In this document: piece after piece, positions 9,927 to 19,320 of the stretch | Layout of the letters: every line of letters begins with the position of its first letter | Numbering within the stretch: position 1 is the first letter of the stretch | Source: an uncultured Chloroflexia bacterium | Lineage (GTDB): Bacteria > Chloroflexota > Dehalococcoidia > UBA2979 | Length of the DNA stretch: 64,000 nucleotides | Assembly (NCBI GenBank): GCA_963728205.1 | Contig: CAVSIV010000006.1 | Span: 64,001-128,000, forward strand | Direction: 5' to 3' | Program-made: the position numbers and the translations under genes | Notes under the pieces: model-generated | Databases searched by the model: none | Told to the model about the DNA's origin: nothing | Seen by the model: the letters and a program-made list of their open reading frames with translations, nothing else

Positions 9927-10436
9927 TCAGGCGCGGGGCGGGACTTCCGTCAGCCGCCCCTCGTGGTCGGCGAAGTCCCACGCATCGATGAGCGGCGGCT
10001 CGACCCCGAGCGCGGTGAGCGCCGTGCACACCTGGCTGCGGTGGTCCGACCCGTGGTGGAGCGCCTGCGCCAGGCGGATGCCCACCGGCGCGTGCGTCTC
10101 GGACCCGTCCTCGCGGCGTCGCACCACGACGTGGTCCGGGTCCGGGTTTCGCTCGAGGTACGACGACCAGGCGCTGCCGCATCGCTCCATCGCCGCGCGC
10201 AGCGCCGAGAGGTCCATCGCGTCGGAGTCGATCAGCGGCGTCGCGCCCTCGGTCAGCGCGAACAGGTAGCCCGCGTCGCCGCCGACGAGGTGGCGCAGCG
10301 TGTCGAGGATCGAGCCGTAGGTCCCCGGGACCGGGGTCGCGAGCCGATCCGCGTCGAGCACGGAGCAGGCGTCAATCAGGCGGCACGTGGCCCAGACGTG
10401 GTGGGCAAAGGCGTCGGCCATCAACGGTCGCGGCAT
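9927..10436 (-). CDS. DinB family protein
   Basis: GSILDTLRHL and HGSDHRSQ metal-binding His pattern. Confidence 0.88.
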   Translation of the reverse strand: MPRPLMADAFAHHVWATCRLIDACSVLDADRLATPVPGTYGSILDTLRHLVGGDAGYLFALTEGATPLIDSDAMDLSALRAAMERCGSAWSSYLERNPDPDHVVVRRREDGSETHAPVGIRLAQALHHGSDHRSQVCTALTALGVEPPLIDAWDFADHEGRLTEVPPRA

Positions 10437-10525
10437 GCGCAGGATGGTAGCAGCGCGGCCGCCGGCGCCGCCGCCTGCCGGCCGGGCGCGCGCCGAACGT
10501 TCGCGCGCGGCGCCGGCGCGCCGGG

Positions 10526-11539
10526 CTAGCCGCGAACGCGCCGCCACTTGCGCAGGCTGACCATCTCGCGGGCCGGCGTCATGCGGCTGCCGACCTCCAC
10601 GTACGACACCTCCGCGACGTACACGTCGCCGCGCGAGTCGACCGCGATGCTGTGCGGCCAGAGGAACTGCTCCGGCGCCTCGCCCGGCAGCGGCGCGCCG
10701 ATGCGCTTCACCAGCTTGCCCTCGAGCGTGTAGATCGAGACGCGGTGGCCGAGGTTCGGCACGCCGAGCTGCACCGGCGGCGGACCCTGTTCCGCGACGT
10801 ACAGACGGTCGTCGTCGCCCCGCCCGCGCGCGACCGCCACCGCGTGGTGCACGCCCCACATCCGCACGAACTCGCCGTCGACGGTGAAGACCTGCACGCG
10901 ATGGTTCTCGCGGTCGCACACGATCACGTGGCGGTCGTCCACCATCGCGATGTTGTGCGGCAGGCTGAACTCGCCCGGGTCCGCACCGGGCGAGCCCCAC
11001 GACAGGATGTGGTTGCCCTCGCGGTCGTAGCGGTGCACGCGCGAGTTGCCGTAGCCGTCACTGATGAAGATGTCGCCGTTGGCGGGGGAGACCGCGACGT
11101 CGGTCGGTCGGTTGAACGGATCGCCGCCCTGCTTCTCGGCCGGCGTGCCGGTGCCGATCGTCATCAGCGTGTTCCCGGCGCGGTCGGCTTTCGTCATCGT
11201 GTGCGTGTGCACGTCGACGAGCCAGAGGTTGTCGTCCGGGTCGACGCGCACGGAGTGCGGCCACTGGAAGCGCACGCCCTCCCACACGAGCCGCGTTACG
11301 CCGTACGGGTCGCGGATCTCGTGCATGCCGGCGTGCGGCGTCTCGTTGCCCCAGTGGTCGACGAGGTTGCCGTCGCGGTCGAAGACGAGCATCGGCATGT
11401 TGCCGCGATTGAACACGTAGACGCGATCCTCGGAGTCGACGGCGACGGAGGTGGCCTCGCGCAGCCACAAGCCGTGCGGGACCTTCGCCCAGCCCGGGAC
11501 GGGCTCGTACTGCGTGTCGGCGGTGACAGGTGACGGCAT
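10526..11539 (-). CDS. NHL-repeat protein, peptidyl-alpha-hydroxyglycine alpha-amidating lyase family
   Basis: FNRPTDVAV, ISDGYGNSRV, FSLPHNIA, CDRENHRVQVF repeats. Confidence 0.9.
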   Translation of the reverse strand: MPSPVTADTQYEPVPGWAKVPHGLWLREATSVAVDSEDRVYVFNRGNMPMLVFDRDGNLVDHWGNETPHAGMHEIRDPYGVTRLVWEGVRFQWPHSVRVDPDDNLWLVDVHTHTMTKADRAGNTLMTIGTGTPAEKQGGDPFNRPTDVAVSPANGDIFISDGYGNSRVHRYDREGNHILSWGSPGADPGEFSLPHNIAMVDDRHVIVCDRENHRVQVFTVDGEFVRMWGVHHAVAVARGRGDDDRLYVAEQGPPPVQLGVPNLGHRVSIYTLEGKLVKRIGAPLPGEAPEQFLWPHSIAVDSRGDVYVAEVSYVEVGSRMTPAREMVSLRKWRRVRG

Positions 11540-11619
11540 GACGGGCTCCCCTCGTCGCTTGCCGGCAGCGTAGCGCGCCCCGCGCGACGGCGGAGGAGGC
11601 GGCCGCCGGCGGGACACCA

Positions 11620-11848
11620 CCGCGCCGACGGCGCGCCGACGGAGCCCGCGCCGCGGCGTCAGCCCGGCGCGCGGCGGAGGAGGATCTCGCCCGCGACGGC
11701 GCGAGCCGTCACGGGCGCGAGCGCGGACCCACATCCTCCTCCGCGCCGACCGCGCGCCGACGGAGCCCGCGCCGCGGCGTCAGCCCGGCGCGCGGCGGAG
11801 GAGGATCTCGCCCGCGACGGCGCGAGCCGTCACGGGCGCGAGCGCGGA
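11620..11848. repeat. Tandem duplication of a 108-bp intergenic repeat (family C)
   Basis: 11620-11727 and 11741-11848 differ at one base; related copies at about 51681-51790 and inverted at about 34008-34070. Confidence 0.92.
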
Positions 11849-11850
11849 GA

Positions 11851-12351
11851 TTATCTGTAGTTCCCGAACTTCGGCTCGAAGCCCCAGTCCTCGCCGCGCA
11901 CCGCGCGGATCACCGCCTGGAGGTCGTCGCGATTCGGCGCCGAGACGCGCACGGCGTCGCCCTGGATCTGCGGCTGCACGCCCTTGAGCTTCTGATCGCG
12001 GATGAACTTCGCGATCCGCCGAGCACTGTCGGAGTCGATCCCCTGCACCAGCGTGACGACCTGCCGCACCGTGTCGCCGGCCGCGCGCACCACCTCGCCA
12101 CGCCGCATGTTCTGCACCGGCACGTCACGCGCGACGAGGCGCCCGACGAGCACGTCCCAGACGGCGTTCAGCTTGTACTCGTCGGTGGTGTGCAGGGTGA
12201 GCGTGCCGGCCGCGCGGTCGAAGTCGATCTCGACGAGCACGCCCTTGAAGTCGTAGCGGCCGGTGATCTCCTTGCGCGCCTGGTTCAGCGCGTTGTCGAC
12301 CTCCTGCAGGTCGGCGCCAGTCGTGATGTCGAACGACTCGGTCTTCGGCAT
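11851..12351 (-). CDS. yajQ: YajQ family nucleotide/c-di-GMP-binding protein
   Basis: SFDI...QEVDNALNQ...RYDFKG...QIQGDAVRVS...DDLQ...FGNYR. Confidence 0.95.
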   Translation of the reverse strand: MPKTESFDITTGADLQEVDNALNQARKEITGRYDFKGVLVEIDFDRAAGTLTLHTTDEYKLNAVWDVLVGRLVARDVPVQNMRRGEVVRAAGDTVRQVVTLVQGIDSDSARRIAKFIRDQKLKGVQPQIQGDAVRVSAPNRDDLQAVIRAVRGEDWGFEPKFGNYR

Positions 12352-12405
12352 GAGCGGCTCCTCTTCACCCGTCGGGGCGCGATCGTGCCGCGTCGCGCCG
12401 CTCTT

Positions 12406-12500
12406 GGCGAGCGGCAGGCGTTCCCGCCTGCCGACTTCGGTACGCGAAACCGCTCGGCCGGACCCACAGAGTCGGCAGGCGGGAACGCCTGCCGCTCGCC
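12406..12500. repeat. REPIN-like inverted repeat built from family B cores
   Basis: Perfect 31-bp arms at 12406-12436 and 12470-12500, each containing cggcaggcg-N4-cgcctgccg. Confidence 0.88.
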
Positions 12501-12621
12501 CGACCGGTTGGCGAAGCGGCCGCGGGGCCGAGCGCGACGGCCGTGACGCGCGCTCGATTGCGTCCTAGCCTGCTGCCGTCACGACATCCCGCGCCCCGCG
12601 ACCTGCAAACGGAGCCGCCGC

Positions 12622-14542
12622 ATGGCCATCCACCGCGCCACCGAGCCGATCACCGCGAGCGACGACGACCTGCGCGCCGCCCTGCTCGACGCGCACCTCC
12701 CCGCGCTGCTCCCCGCGCTCGCGCAGGCCACCGGCGACACGTCGCTGCTACGCGACGACCTCCGCCCGCTGATGCACGCGCCGGCGCTCCCACAGGGCGG
12801 CCTCACGCCCGAGCAGCAGGAGGCGGCGCGAGCGGTCGCGCTCCCGGCGCTGCAGGCGCTGCGCGATCACCCCGGCGCGCTCTCGCCGATCGCCGACAAG
12901 GCCGGCCTCGCCGGCCTCATGGCGTGGATGACCGGCGGTCCCGCCGACGGCGAGTACCTGCCGCTGCTGCTCGAGGAGCTCGCCCCGTTCGACGAGGACC
13001 CGCGCGCGCCGCAGTGGCGCAAGGACCCGGCGGTGCCGTTCACCGTCGGCATCGTCGGCGCCGGCATGTCGGGCATCGTCGCCGGCCGTGCGCCTGCAGC
13101 AGGCCGGCATCCCGTTCGTGATCTTCGAGAAGAACGCCGACTTCGGCGGCACCTGGCTCGAGAACACCTACCCGGGCGCCCGCGTCGACGTCTCGAACGC
13201 CTTCTACAGCTACTCGTTCGCGCAGCGCGTCGACTGGCCGAAGCACTTCTCGCCGCAGTCGGTGCTGCTCGACTACTTCCGCGACGTCGCCGACGAGTAC
13301 GGCCTGCGCCCGCACGTGCGCTTCGACACCGAGGTGGTGTCGGCCGAGTTCAGCGACGCCACGGCGTCGTGGACGCTGCGCGTGCGCGGAGCGGACGGCG
13401 CAGCGGAGAGCGTGGAGGTGCAGGCGCTGATCAGCGCCGTCGGCCAGCTCAACCGCCCGAAGCTGCCCGACATCACGGGCATGGGGAGCTTCGAGGGCCC
13501 GTCGTTCCACTCGGCGCGCTGGGACCACGACGTCGACGTGAAGGGCAAGCGCGTCGCGGTCATCGGCACCGGCGCGAGCGCCGCGCAGTTCATCCCCGCG
13601 ATCGCCGACGACGTCGCGGACCTGACCGTCTTCCAGCGCACGCCGAACTGGCTGGCCTGGGTGCCGCAGTACCGCGACGACGTGCCGTCCGGCCAGCGCT
13701 GGCTCTTCGCGCACGTCCCGCACTACGCGCACTGGTACCGCTTCTGGCTCTTCTTCGCGACGGTCGAGGGCCTGCTCCCGGCCGCGCGCGTCGACCCGGA
13801 GTGGTCGGGCTCGAAGGAGGCCGTCAGCAAGGCGAACGACGAGCTGCGCGCGCTGATGACGCAGAACCTGCAGCGCCAGTTCGCCGACCGACCGGACCTG
13901 CTCGAGCAGGTGCAGCCGACCTACCCGCCGGCCGCGAAGCGGATCATCCTCGACGACGGCTCGTGGGCGCGCACGCTGAAGCGCGAGCACGTCCATCTCG
14001 TCACCGACCCGATCCGGGAGATCACCCCGCACGGCGTGGTCACCGACGACGGCACCGAGCACCGCGCCGACGTGATCATCTTCGGGACGGGCTTCCAGGC
14101 GTCGCACTTCCTGACGCCGATGAAGATCGTGGGCCGCCACGGCGTCGAGCTGCACGAGCAGTGGGACGGCGACGCCCGCGCCTACATGGGCATCACGGTG
14201 CCGAACTTCCCGAACTTCTTCATGCTCTACGGCCCGAACACGAACATCGTGGTGAACGGCTCGATCATCTACTTCTCGGAGTGCGAGGTGGAGTACATCC
14301 TCGGCTGCCTGCGCGTGTTGCTCGAAGGCAAGCACCGCACGATGGAGTGCCGGCGCGAGGTGCACGACGCCTACAACGAGCGCATCGACGCCGCGAACCG
14401 GCTGATGGCATGGGGCGTGGCCGAGGTGAACACCTGGTACCGCAACGAGAAGGGCCGCTCGGCGCAGAACTGGCCGTTCTCGCTGCTCGACTACTGGCGG
14501 CAGACGAAGGAGCCCGACCCCGCGGACTACGAGTTCGCGTAA
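12622..14542 (+). pseudogene. Baeyer-Villiger monooxygenase (4-hydroxyacetophenone monooxygenase-like), +1 frameshift near 13085
   Basis: GAGMSG is in frame 1; VRLQQAG...GGTW..NTYPG, FEGPSFHSARW and GTGASA are in frame 2. One extra base in gccggccgtg. May be an intact gene with a sequencing error. Confidence 0.85.
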
Positions 14543-14867
14543 GCCCGGCACGCCAATACTTTCTGACACTTCTGGTGCGTTTCCTCACCCTCGTGTATGT
14601 TCCCGACCGCGTTCGTGGTTCGTCTGCGACGCGCATCTTCGGCAGCCTCCGGCAAACATGGGTCGATGTCACCATGCAGCGGTGACAAGTCGCGCGATGC
14701 CTTCTGCGCTCACCCGCAGAAGCTCTCGTGTTCGCGATCATGACGCCGGATTGTCCGAGATCGCGGCCAGGTTCCGACCAGGTTCACCGTAGACGCATGG
14801 GGGGAGGGGGCGCGCCTTCCGCCAGCGACCGAGTGCGCGCGCGAAGTGCGAATGCGAGTGCCCCCAC

Positions 14868-17123
14868 ATGCAGGCTCGAGTCCGAATGTTTCGACCGGGA
14901 GGCGGACGACTCCTCCTCGGCGCGGCCGTTGCGCTGATTGCCTTCGCGGCGTTGTCCCTGACGGCGCTCGCGTACTCGACCGCTCCGGACTACACCGCGT
15001 CCGACTTCGCGACGGGATTCCCGGGGGGGCCGGTCGGCCCCGTCGGCCTCGCCTTTGACTCCACCGGCAACCTCTGGGTCCAGGACCAGCCGAGCGGCGG
15101 CCTCTACCGCATCCCGCAGTCCGTGGTCGCGAGCGGTGTCGCCGGCGCGGTGGCTCCGTATCTCGTGGGCTATGTGCCGTACAGCCCGACCGGCCTGGCC
15201 TTCGACAAGGCCGGGCACCTCTGGGTCGCACAGCAGGCCGGCATGGTCTCCGAGCTGGACACCACGCCCGGCCATGAGGGCACGATCCTGCAGACCGTCT
15301 TCGGCGTGACCGGCGCCACCGGGATCGCGACGGATCCGCTCACCGGGAACCTGTTCGTCACCTGGCCCGGCGGCGGCCCGATCCGCGTGATCGATCCCAC
15401 CACCAGCCCGGCCTCGATCGTGGGCCTGGTATCGATCAACAGCATCGATGGCATCACCTTCGGCCCGGACGGCACGCTGTACCTCGCGCAGTACGGCGCC
15501 GCCGTGCTCAGCGCGGCGCGCACCCCGGGCAACGGCGTCGGGCCCGCGTCGATCGTGACCGCCCTGCCGCTCTCTGACGGCATCGCCGTCGCGGCGAACA
15601 CGCACAACCTGGCGCACCCTGCCTACCTCTTCGCGAACCGCAACAACGGCGTCATCACGAAGATCGAGCTGGGATCGCCGGTCACGACCACCGATGTCTT
15701 CGCGGGCGGCAGCCGCGGCGACTTCTCGACGGTGGGCCCGGACGGCTGCCTCTACGCCACTCAGAGCAACAGCATCGTCAAGCTGACGAACGCCGACGGC
15801 ACCTGCTCGCTCGCGCCGGTCACCCCGGCCGACGTCACGTCGCTGTCCTACACGGGCGACACCGCGGTGCAGTTCGGCGACACGGCTCACCTGTCGGCGA
15901 CGCTCTACGACGTCTCGACATCCGCCGCGCCGCCCGCCGGCCAGCCGATCACGTTCACGCTCGACAACGGCGGCGGCAGCTGCGCCGGCACGACGGATGC
16001 ATCGGGCGCGGCCTCCTGTGACGTCAGCGGCCTCGCGCTCGGCTCGTACACGGTGACGGCCGCGTTCTCCGCCACCCCGACGCTCGCCGGGGCGGTCGAC
16101 ACGGCGACGCTCGCCGTGAGCGAACCGCCGCCGACGATCACGCTGCAGTCGATCACCCCGGCGCCGAACGGCGCCGGCTGGAACAACACGAGCCCGGTCA
16201 CCGTGACCTGGACGTGCACGAACTCGCAGACGGCGACCGTCTCCGTCGTCCTCACGAGCGACGGCGCCAACCAGTCCGCCATCGGCACCTGCATCAGCGA
16301 CGGCGATCCGTCCCTGACGGCGTCCGACACGCAACTGGTCAGCATCGACACCATGGCACCGGCCGTGACGGCGACGGCTTCCGTCGCGCCGAACGGCGCC
16401 GGCTGGAACAACACCCCCGTGACGGTCACCGTTACGGCGGCCGCCGACGGCGGCTCGTCGATCACCTGCGACGCTCCCGTGGTCGTCTCGACCGACGGCG
16501 CCGGACAGGTGGCGAGCGGCACGTGCACCGACGCCGCCGGCAACACCGGCAGCGCGTCGATCACGCTCAACATCGACACGACGGCGCCGACGCTCACCCC
16601 GTCGGTGACCCCGAACCCCGTCGAGCTGAACGGCGCGGCCACGGCCGACGCCGGCGCGGCCGACGCGACCAGCGGCATCGACACCTCGTCCTGCGACCCG
16701 GTCGTGACGGCGTCCGTCGGCTCGTACACGGTGGACTGCACGGCGACCGACGTGGCCGGCAACACCGCGACCGCCACGGCGTCCTACGACGTGGGGTATG
16801 CGGTCTGCGCCTCGGAGTCGGGCCCGAGCAAGCAGACCGGGAGCACCATCCCGGCCAAGATCAGCCTCTGTGACGCCAGCGGCGTGAACGTGTCGTCGCC
16901 GGCGATCACGGTCACGGCGGTGGGGCTCAGCCCGGCCGGCACGCTGGACGACTCCGGCCACGCCAACCCGGGCGACGTCTTCCGTCCGGTCGACTCCGGC
17001 TACATCTTCAACCTGAGCACGAAGGGCCTGGCGCCGGGCGACTACACCCTCGACTTCACGGTCGCGGGCGACCCGACGGTCCACCACTACGCCTTCACGG
17101 TTCAGGACCACGGCAAGCACTAG
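14868..17123 (+). CDS. Secreted beta-propeller + Ig-like repeat protein with C-terminal PxKF-like domain
   Basis: Signal peptide; GLAFD..G.LWV and DGITFGPDG.LY blades; two PNGAGWNNT repeats; DxAGN...IDTTAP Ig motifs; terminal GSTIPAKI...YIFNLSTKGL. Confidence 0.8.
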   Translation: MQARVRMFRPGGGRLLLGAAVALIAFAALSLTALAYSTAPDYTASDFATGFPGGPVGPVGLAFDSTGNLWVQDQPSGGLYRIPQSVVASGVAGAVAPYLVGYVPYSPTGLAFDKAGHLWVAQQAGMVSELDTTPGHEGTILQTVFGVTGATGIATDPLTGNLFVTWPGGGPIRVIDPTTSPASIVGLVSINSIDGITFGPDGTLYLAQYGAAVLSAARTPGNGVGPASIVTALPLSDGIAVAANTHNLAHPAYLFANRNNGVITKIELGSPVTTTDVFAGGSRGDFSTVGPDGCLYATQSNSIVKLTNADGTCSLAPVTPADVTSLSYTGDTAVQFGDTAHLSATLYDVSTSAAPPAGQPITFTLDNGGGSCAGTTDASGAASCDVSGLALGSYTVTAAFSATPTLAGAVDTATLAVSEPPPTITLQSITPAPNGAGWNNTSPVTVTWTCTNSQTATVSVVLTSDGANQSAIGTCISDGDPSLTASDTQLVSIDTMAPAVTATASVAPNGAGWNNTPVTVTVTAAADGGSSITCDAPVVVSTDGAGQVASGTCTDAAGNTGSASITLNIDTTAPTLTPSVTPNPVELNGAATADAGAADATSGIDTSSCDPVVTASVGSYTVDCTATDVAGNTATATASYDVGYAVCASESGPSKQTGSTIPAKISLCDASGVNVSSPAITVTAVGLSPAGTLDDSGHANPGDVFRPVDSGYIFNLSTKGLAPGDYTLDFTVAGDPTVHHYAFTVQDHGKH

Positions 17124-17151
17124 CCGCGGCGGGCAGCGAAGGATCTCCCGG

Positions 17152-17183
17152 AGGGGCCGGGACGGATCGTCCCGGCCCCTTCC
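17152..17183 (+). terminator. Terminator-like hairpin
   Basis: 13-bp stem aggggccgggacg/cgtcccggcccct between convergent genes. Confidence 0.65.
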
Positions 17184-17184
17184 T

Positions 17185-17309
17185 GTAGGGCGCGCGGCAG
17201 GCTTCTGGCCTGCCGTGAGCGTGCGTGCCTCTCGCGGATTGAGGTGGCCGCCTCCCGTCGGAGGAGGAACCTGCGAGCGCGGCAGGCCTGACGCCTGCCG
17301 CGCACCTAC
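17185..17309. repeat. GTAG-type REPIN (family B)
   Basis: Starts GTAG-ggcgcgcggcaggc-ttctg-gcctgccg and ends cggcaggc-ctgac-gcctgccgcgcac-CTAC. Confidence 0.8.
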
Positions 17310-18403
17310 AGCACCGCGGCGGCGTCCCAGTCCTGGATCGCCGCGGCGCAGCGGTCCGTCATCGCGCGCGCGAGCGCGACGCCGCGCTCGTTCGACAGGT
17401 CGCCCAGGCCGCCGCCCATCACCGGGTACACGAGGCAGAACGCCAGCGTCGCGCGGTAGTCCTCGATGAACTGGTCGTGCGAGTAGTCCTCGACGCCGCC
17501 GGCGCGCAGGGTGTCGTAGTAGAGGTCCATCAGCTCGCGCTCGTGGGCGCGACGCAGGTCGACGTCCATGCTCTGGCTCGTGAAGTACCCCAGGTCGTAC
17601 GTGCCAACCGTCTGCACCGCGATCTGCCAGTCGACGGCCGTGAACGGAGGGGCGCCGGGGGCGGCGCCGAAGAAGAGGTTGTCGAGCCGCCAGTCGCCGT
17701 GACAGATCGTCGCCGGGCCGGCGCTCATGCGGTCGAGCAGCGCGCTCGTCTCCCGCGTCAGCCGCTCGGCCAGCGGCGCGATCCCCGCGGGCAGCGCATC
17801 GCCGAAGCGCTCCATGTAGGACGGCAGCGCCATCGGGTACAGCGACAGGCCGGCCTTGTTGATCTCGGAGTCGCCCTTCGGGATCCAGTCCAGCTCGGGC
17901 AGCCGCGGGTGGTTCCACCACTGCGCGTGGTGCTGCGCCAGCGACTCCACGAGCAGACGCGACTCCGCGAGCGTGGCGCCGGCCAGCTGGTCGCCGAGGC
18001 GGTGCGTCGCCAGGTCCTCGAGCAGCAGGACGAAGTTGCCGGTCGCCGGGTCGAAGCGCGCGACGTAGGCCCGCGCGGTCGGCAGCGCGACCTCGTGAGC
18101 GAACTCATCGTAGAAGCGGACCTCCCGCTCGTAGAACTTGAACGCGGTCGCCATCTGGCGGGTCTGCTCGCTCGCGCTGGGGAGCTTCGCGATCACGGAC
18201 GCGGGCGCCGTGGGCGGCGCGCCGTCGTAGGTCGGGCGGAGGCGGAAGAGCTGGCAGAGCACGCCGATGCCCTGCCCGACCGTCTCGCGCGCGACCGTCG
18301 TGACGCGCCCGTCGCCGAGCACGCCGGCGTCGCGCAGCGCCGCGGTGAGCCACTCCGCCGTGAGGTCGTCGGCCGTCGCGGGGATGGGAAGCGTCGTGGT
18401 CAT
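17306..18403 (-). CDS. Aminoglycoside/choline kinase-like phosphotransferase (EcKL/DUF1679-like)
   Basis: VIAKLP, YEREVRFY, LLLEDL, HGDWRLDN, VDWQ motifs; GGAGG RBS. Confidence 0.88.
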   Translation of the reverse strand: MTTTLPIPATADDLTAEWLTAALRDAGVLGDGRVTTVARETVGQGIGVLCQLFRLRPTYDGAPPTAPASVIAKLPSASEQTRQMATAFKFYEREVRFYDEFAHEVALPTARAYVARFDPATGNFVLLLEDLATHRLGDQLAGATLAESRLLVESLAQHHAQWWNHPRLPELDWIPKGDSEINKAGLSLYPMALPSYMERFGDALPAGIAPLAERLTRETSALLDRMSAGPATICHGDWRLDNLFFGAAPGAPPFTAVDWQIAVQTVGTYDLGYFTSQSMDVDLRRAHERELMDLYYDTLRAGGVEDYSHDQFIEDYRATLAFCLVYPVMGGGLGDLSNERGVALARAMTDRCAAAIQDWDAAAVL

Positions 18404-18567
18404 GGTGGCCCTCCTGTGGTCGGTGATGACCGCGGCGCGGTCGCGCCGCGCACCGGTGCGGCGAAAGCGGGCCGGAGGATAACAGAACGAATGGCGCCCC
18501 TTGCGCACCCGCGGTCCGTGCTCGCAGCGGGGTACCCTCGAACGCGCGAACGGTGCGAGGAGGCACG

Positions 18568-18996
18568 ATGACGAACTACATCCCGAGTCCGACCGGCTGG
18601 GTAGCCGACCAGGTGAAGCGCATCGAGGAGAGTGGCGGCGCCGAGGGGACCGAGCTGCGCGGCATGCCCGTCGTGCTCGTGACGATGCGCGGCGCGAAGA
18701 CCGGCGCGATCCGCAAGGTGCCGCTGATGCGCGTGCAGTGCGACGGCAAGTACGTGCTCGTCGGCTCGAAGGGCGGCGCGCCCGAGAACCCGCTGTGGGT
18801 GGCGAACCTGCGCGCGAACCCCGACGTCAGCGTCCGCGACGGCCGCGACGTGATCGAGGGCCGCGTGCGGCTCGTCGCCGACCCCGACGAGCGGCAGCGC
18901 TGCTGGGACGCGGCGGTCGCCGCCTTCCCCGACTACGCGAGCTACCAGCAGAAGACGGAGCGCCAGATCCCGGTGTTCGTCGTCGAGCCGAAGTAA
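18568..18996 (+). CDS. Deazaflavin (F420)-dependent nitroreductase (Ddn family)
   Basis: GAKTGAIRKVPLM, SKGGAPENPLWVANL.ANP, YQQKTERQIPVFV. Confidence 0.93.
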   Translation: MTNYIPSPTGWVADQVKRIEESGGAEGTELRGMPVVLVTMRGAKTGAIRKVPLMRVQCDGKYVLVGSKGGAPENPLWVANLRANPDVSVRDGRDVIEGRVRLVADPDERQRCWDAAVAAFPDYASYQQKTERQIPVFVVEPK

Positions 18997-19052
18997 CCGC
19001 CCCGGCGAGCGTCGCCACCGCTATTCTTCCGCGGCGAAAGGAACCGCCCCGC

Positions 19053-19316
19053 ATGACCGACGCCCGGACCACGGCCCGGATCTCCGTCCGGCTCGTGCTC
19101 TTCGCCGACCTGCGCCGGCTGCTCCCCGCCGGCCACGACGGCCCGCTCACGTTCACCCTCGCGCCCGGCGCCATGGTCGCCGACCTGCTCGCCGCTGCCG
19201 GTGTGCCCGACGACGAGGACATCACGATCGGCCGCAACGGCGACCAGGTCGCACGCGACACCCCGCTCGCCGATGGCGACGAGGTCGTGCTCTTCAGCCC
19301 GATGGAAGGTGGCTAG
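19053..19316 (+). CDS. MoaD/ThiS family sulfur carrier
   Basis: LFADLR N-terminus and L.DGDEV...PMEGG C-terminal diglycine. Confidence 0.9.
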   Translation: MTDARTTARISVRLVLFADLRRLLPAGHDGPLTFTLAPGAMVADLLAAAGVPDDEDITIGRNGDQVARDTPLADGDEVVLFSPMEGG

Positions 19317-19320
19317 CCGC

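Noticed and set aside
11620-11848. Possible CRISPR array
   Set aside because: Two 108-bp units, no unique spacers of regular length, no cas genes.
14640-14725. c-di-GMP-I riboswitch suggested by GGCAAAC
   Set aside because: Lacks the GAAA tetraloop and GCAAAG P2/P3 signature.
16160-16420. Direct repeat gcgccgaacggcgccggctggaacaacac (two copies)
   Set aside because: Internal domain duplication of the Ig-like modules, explained by the CDS.
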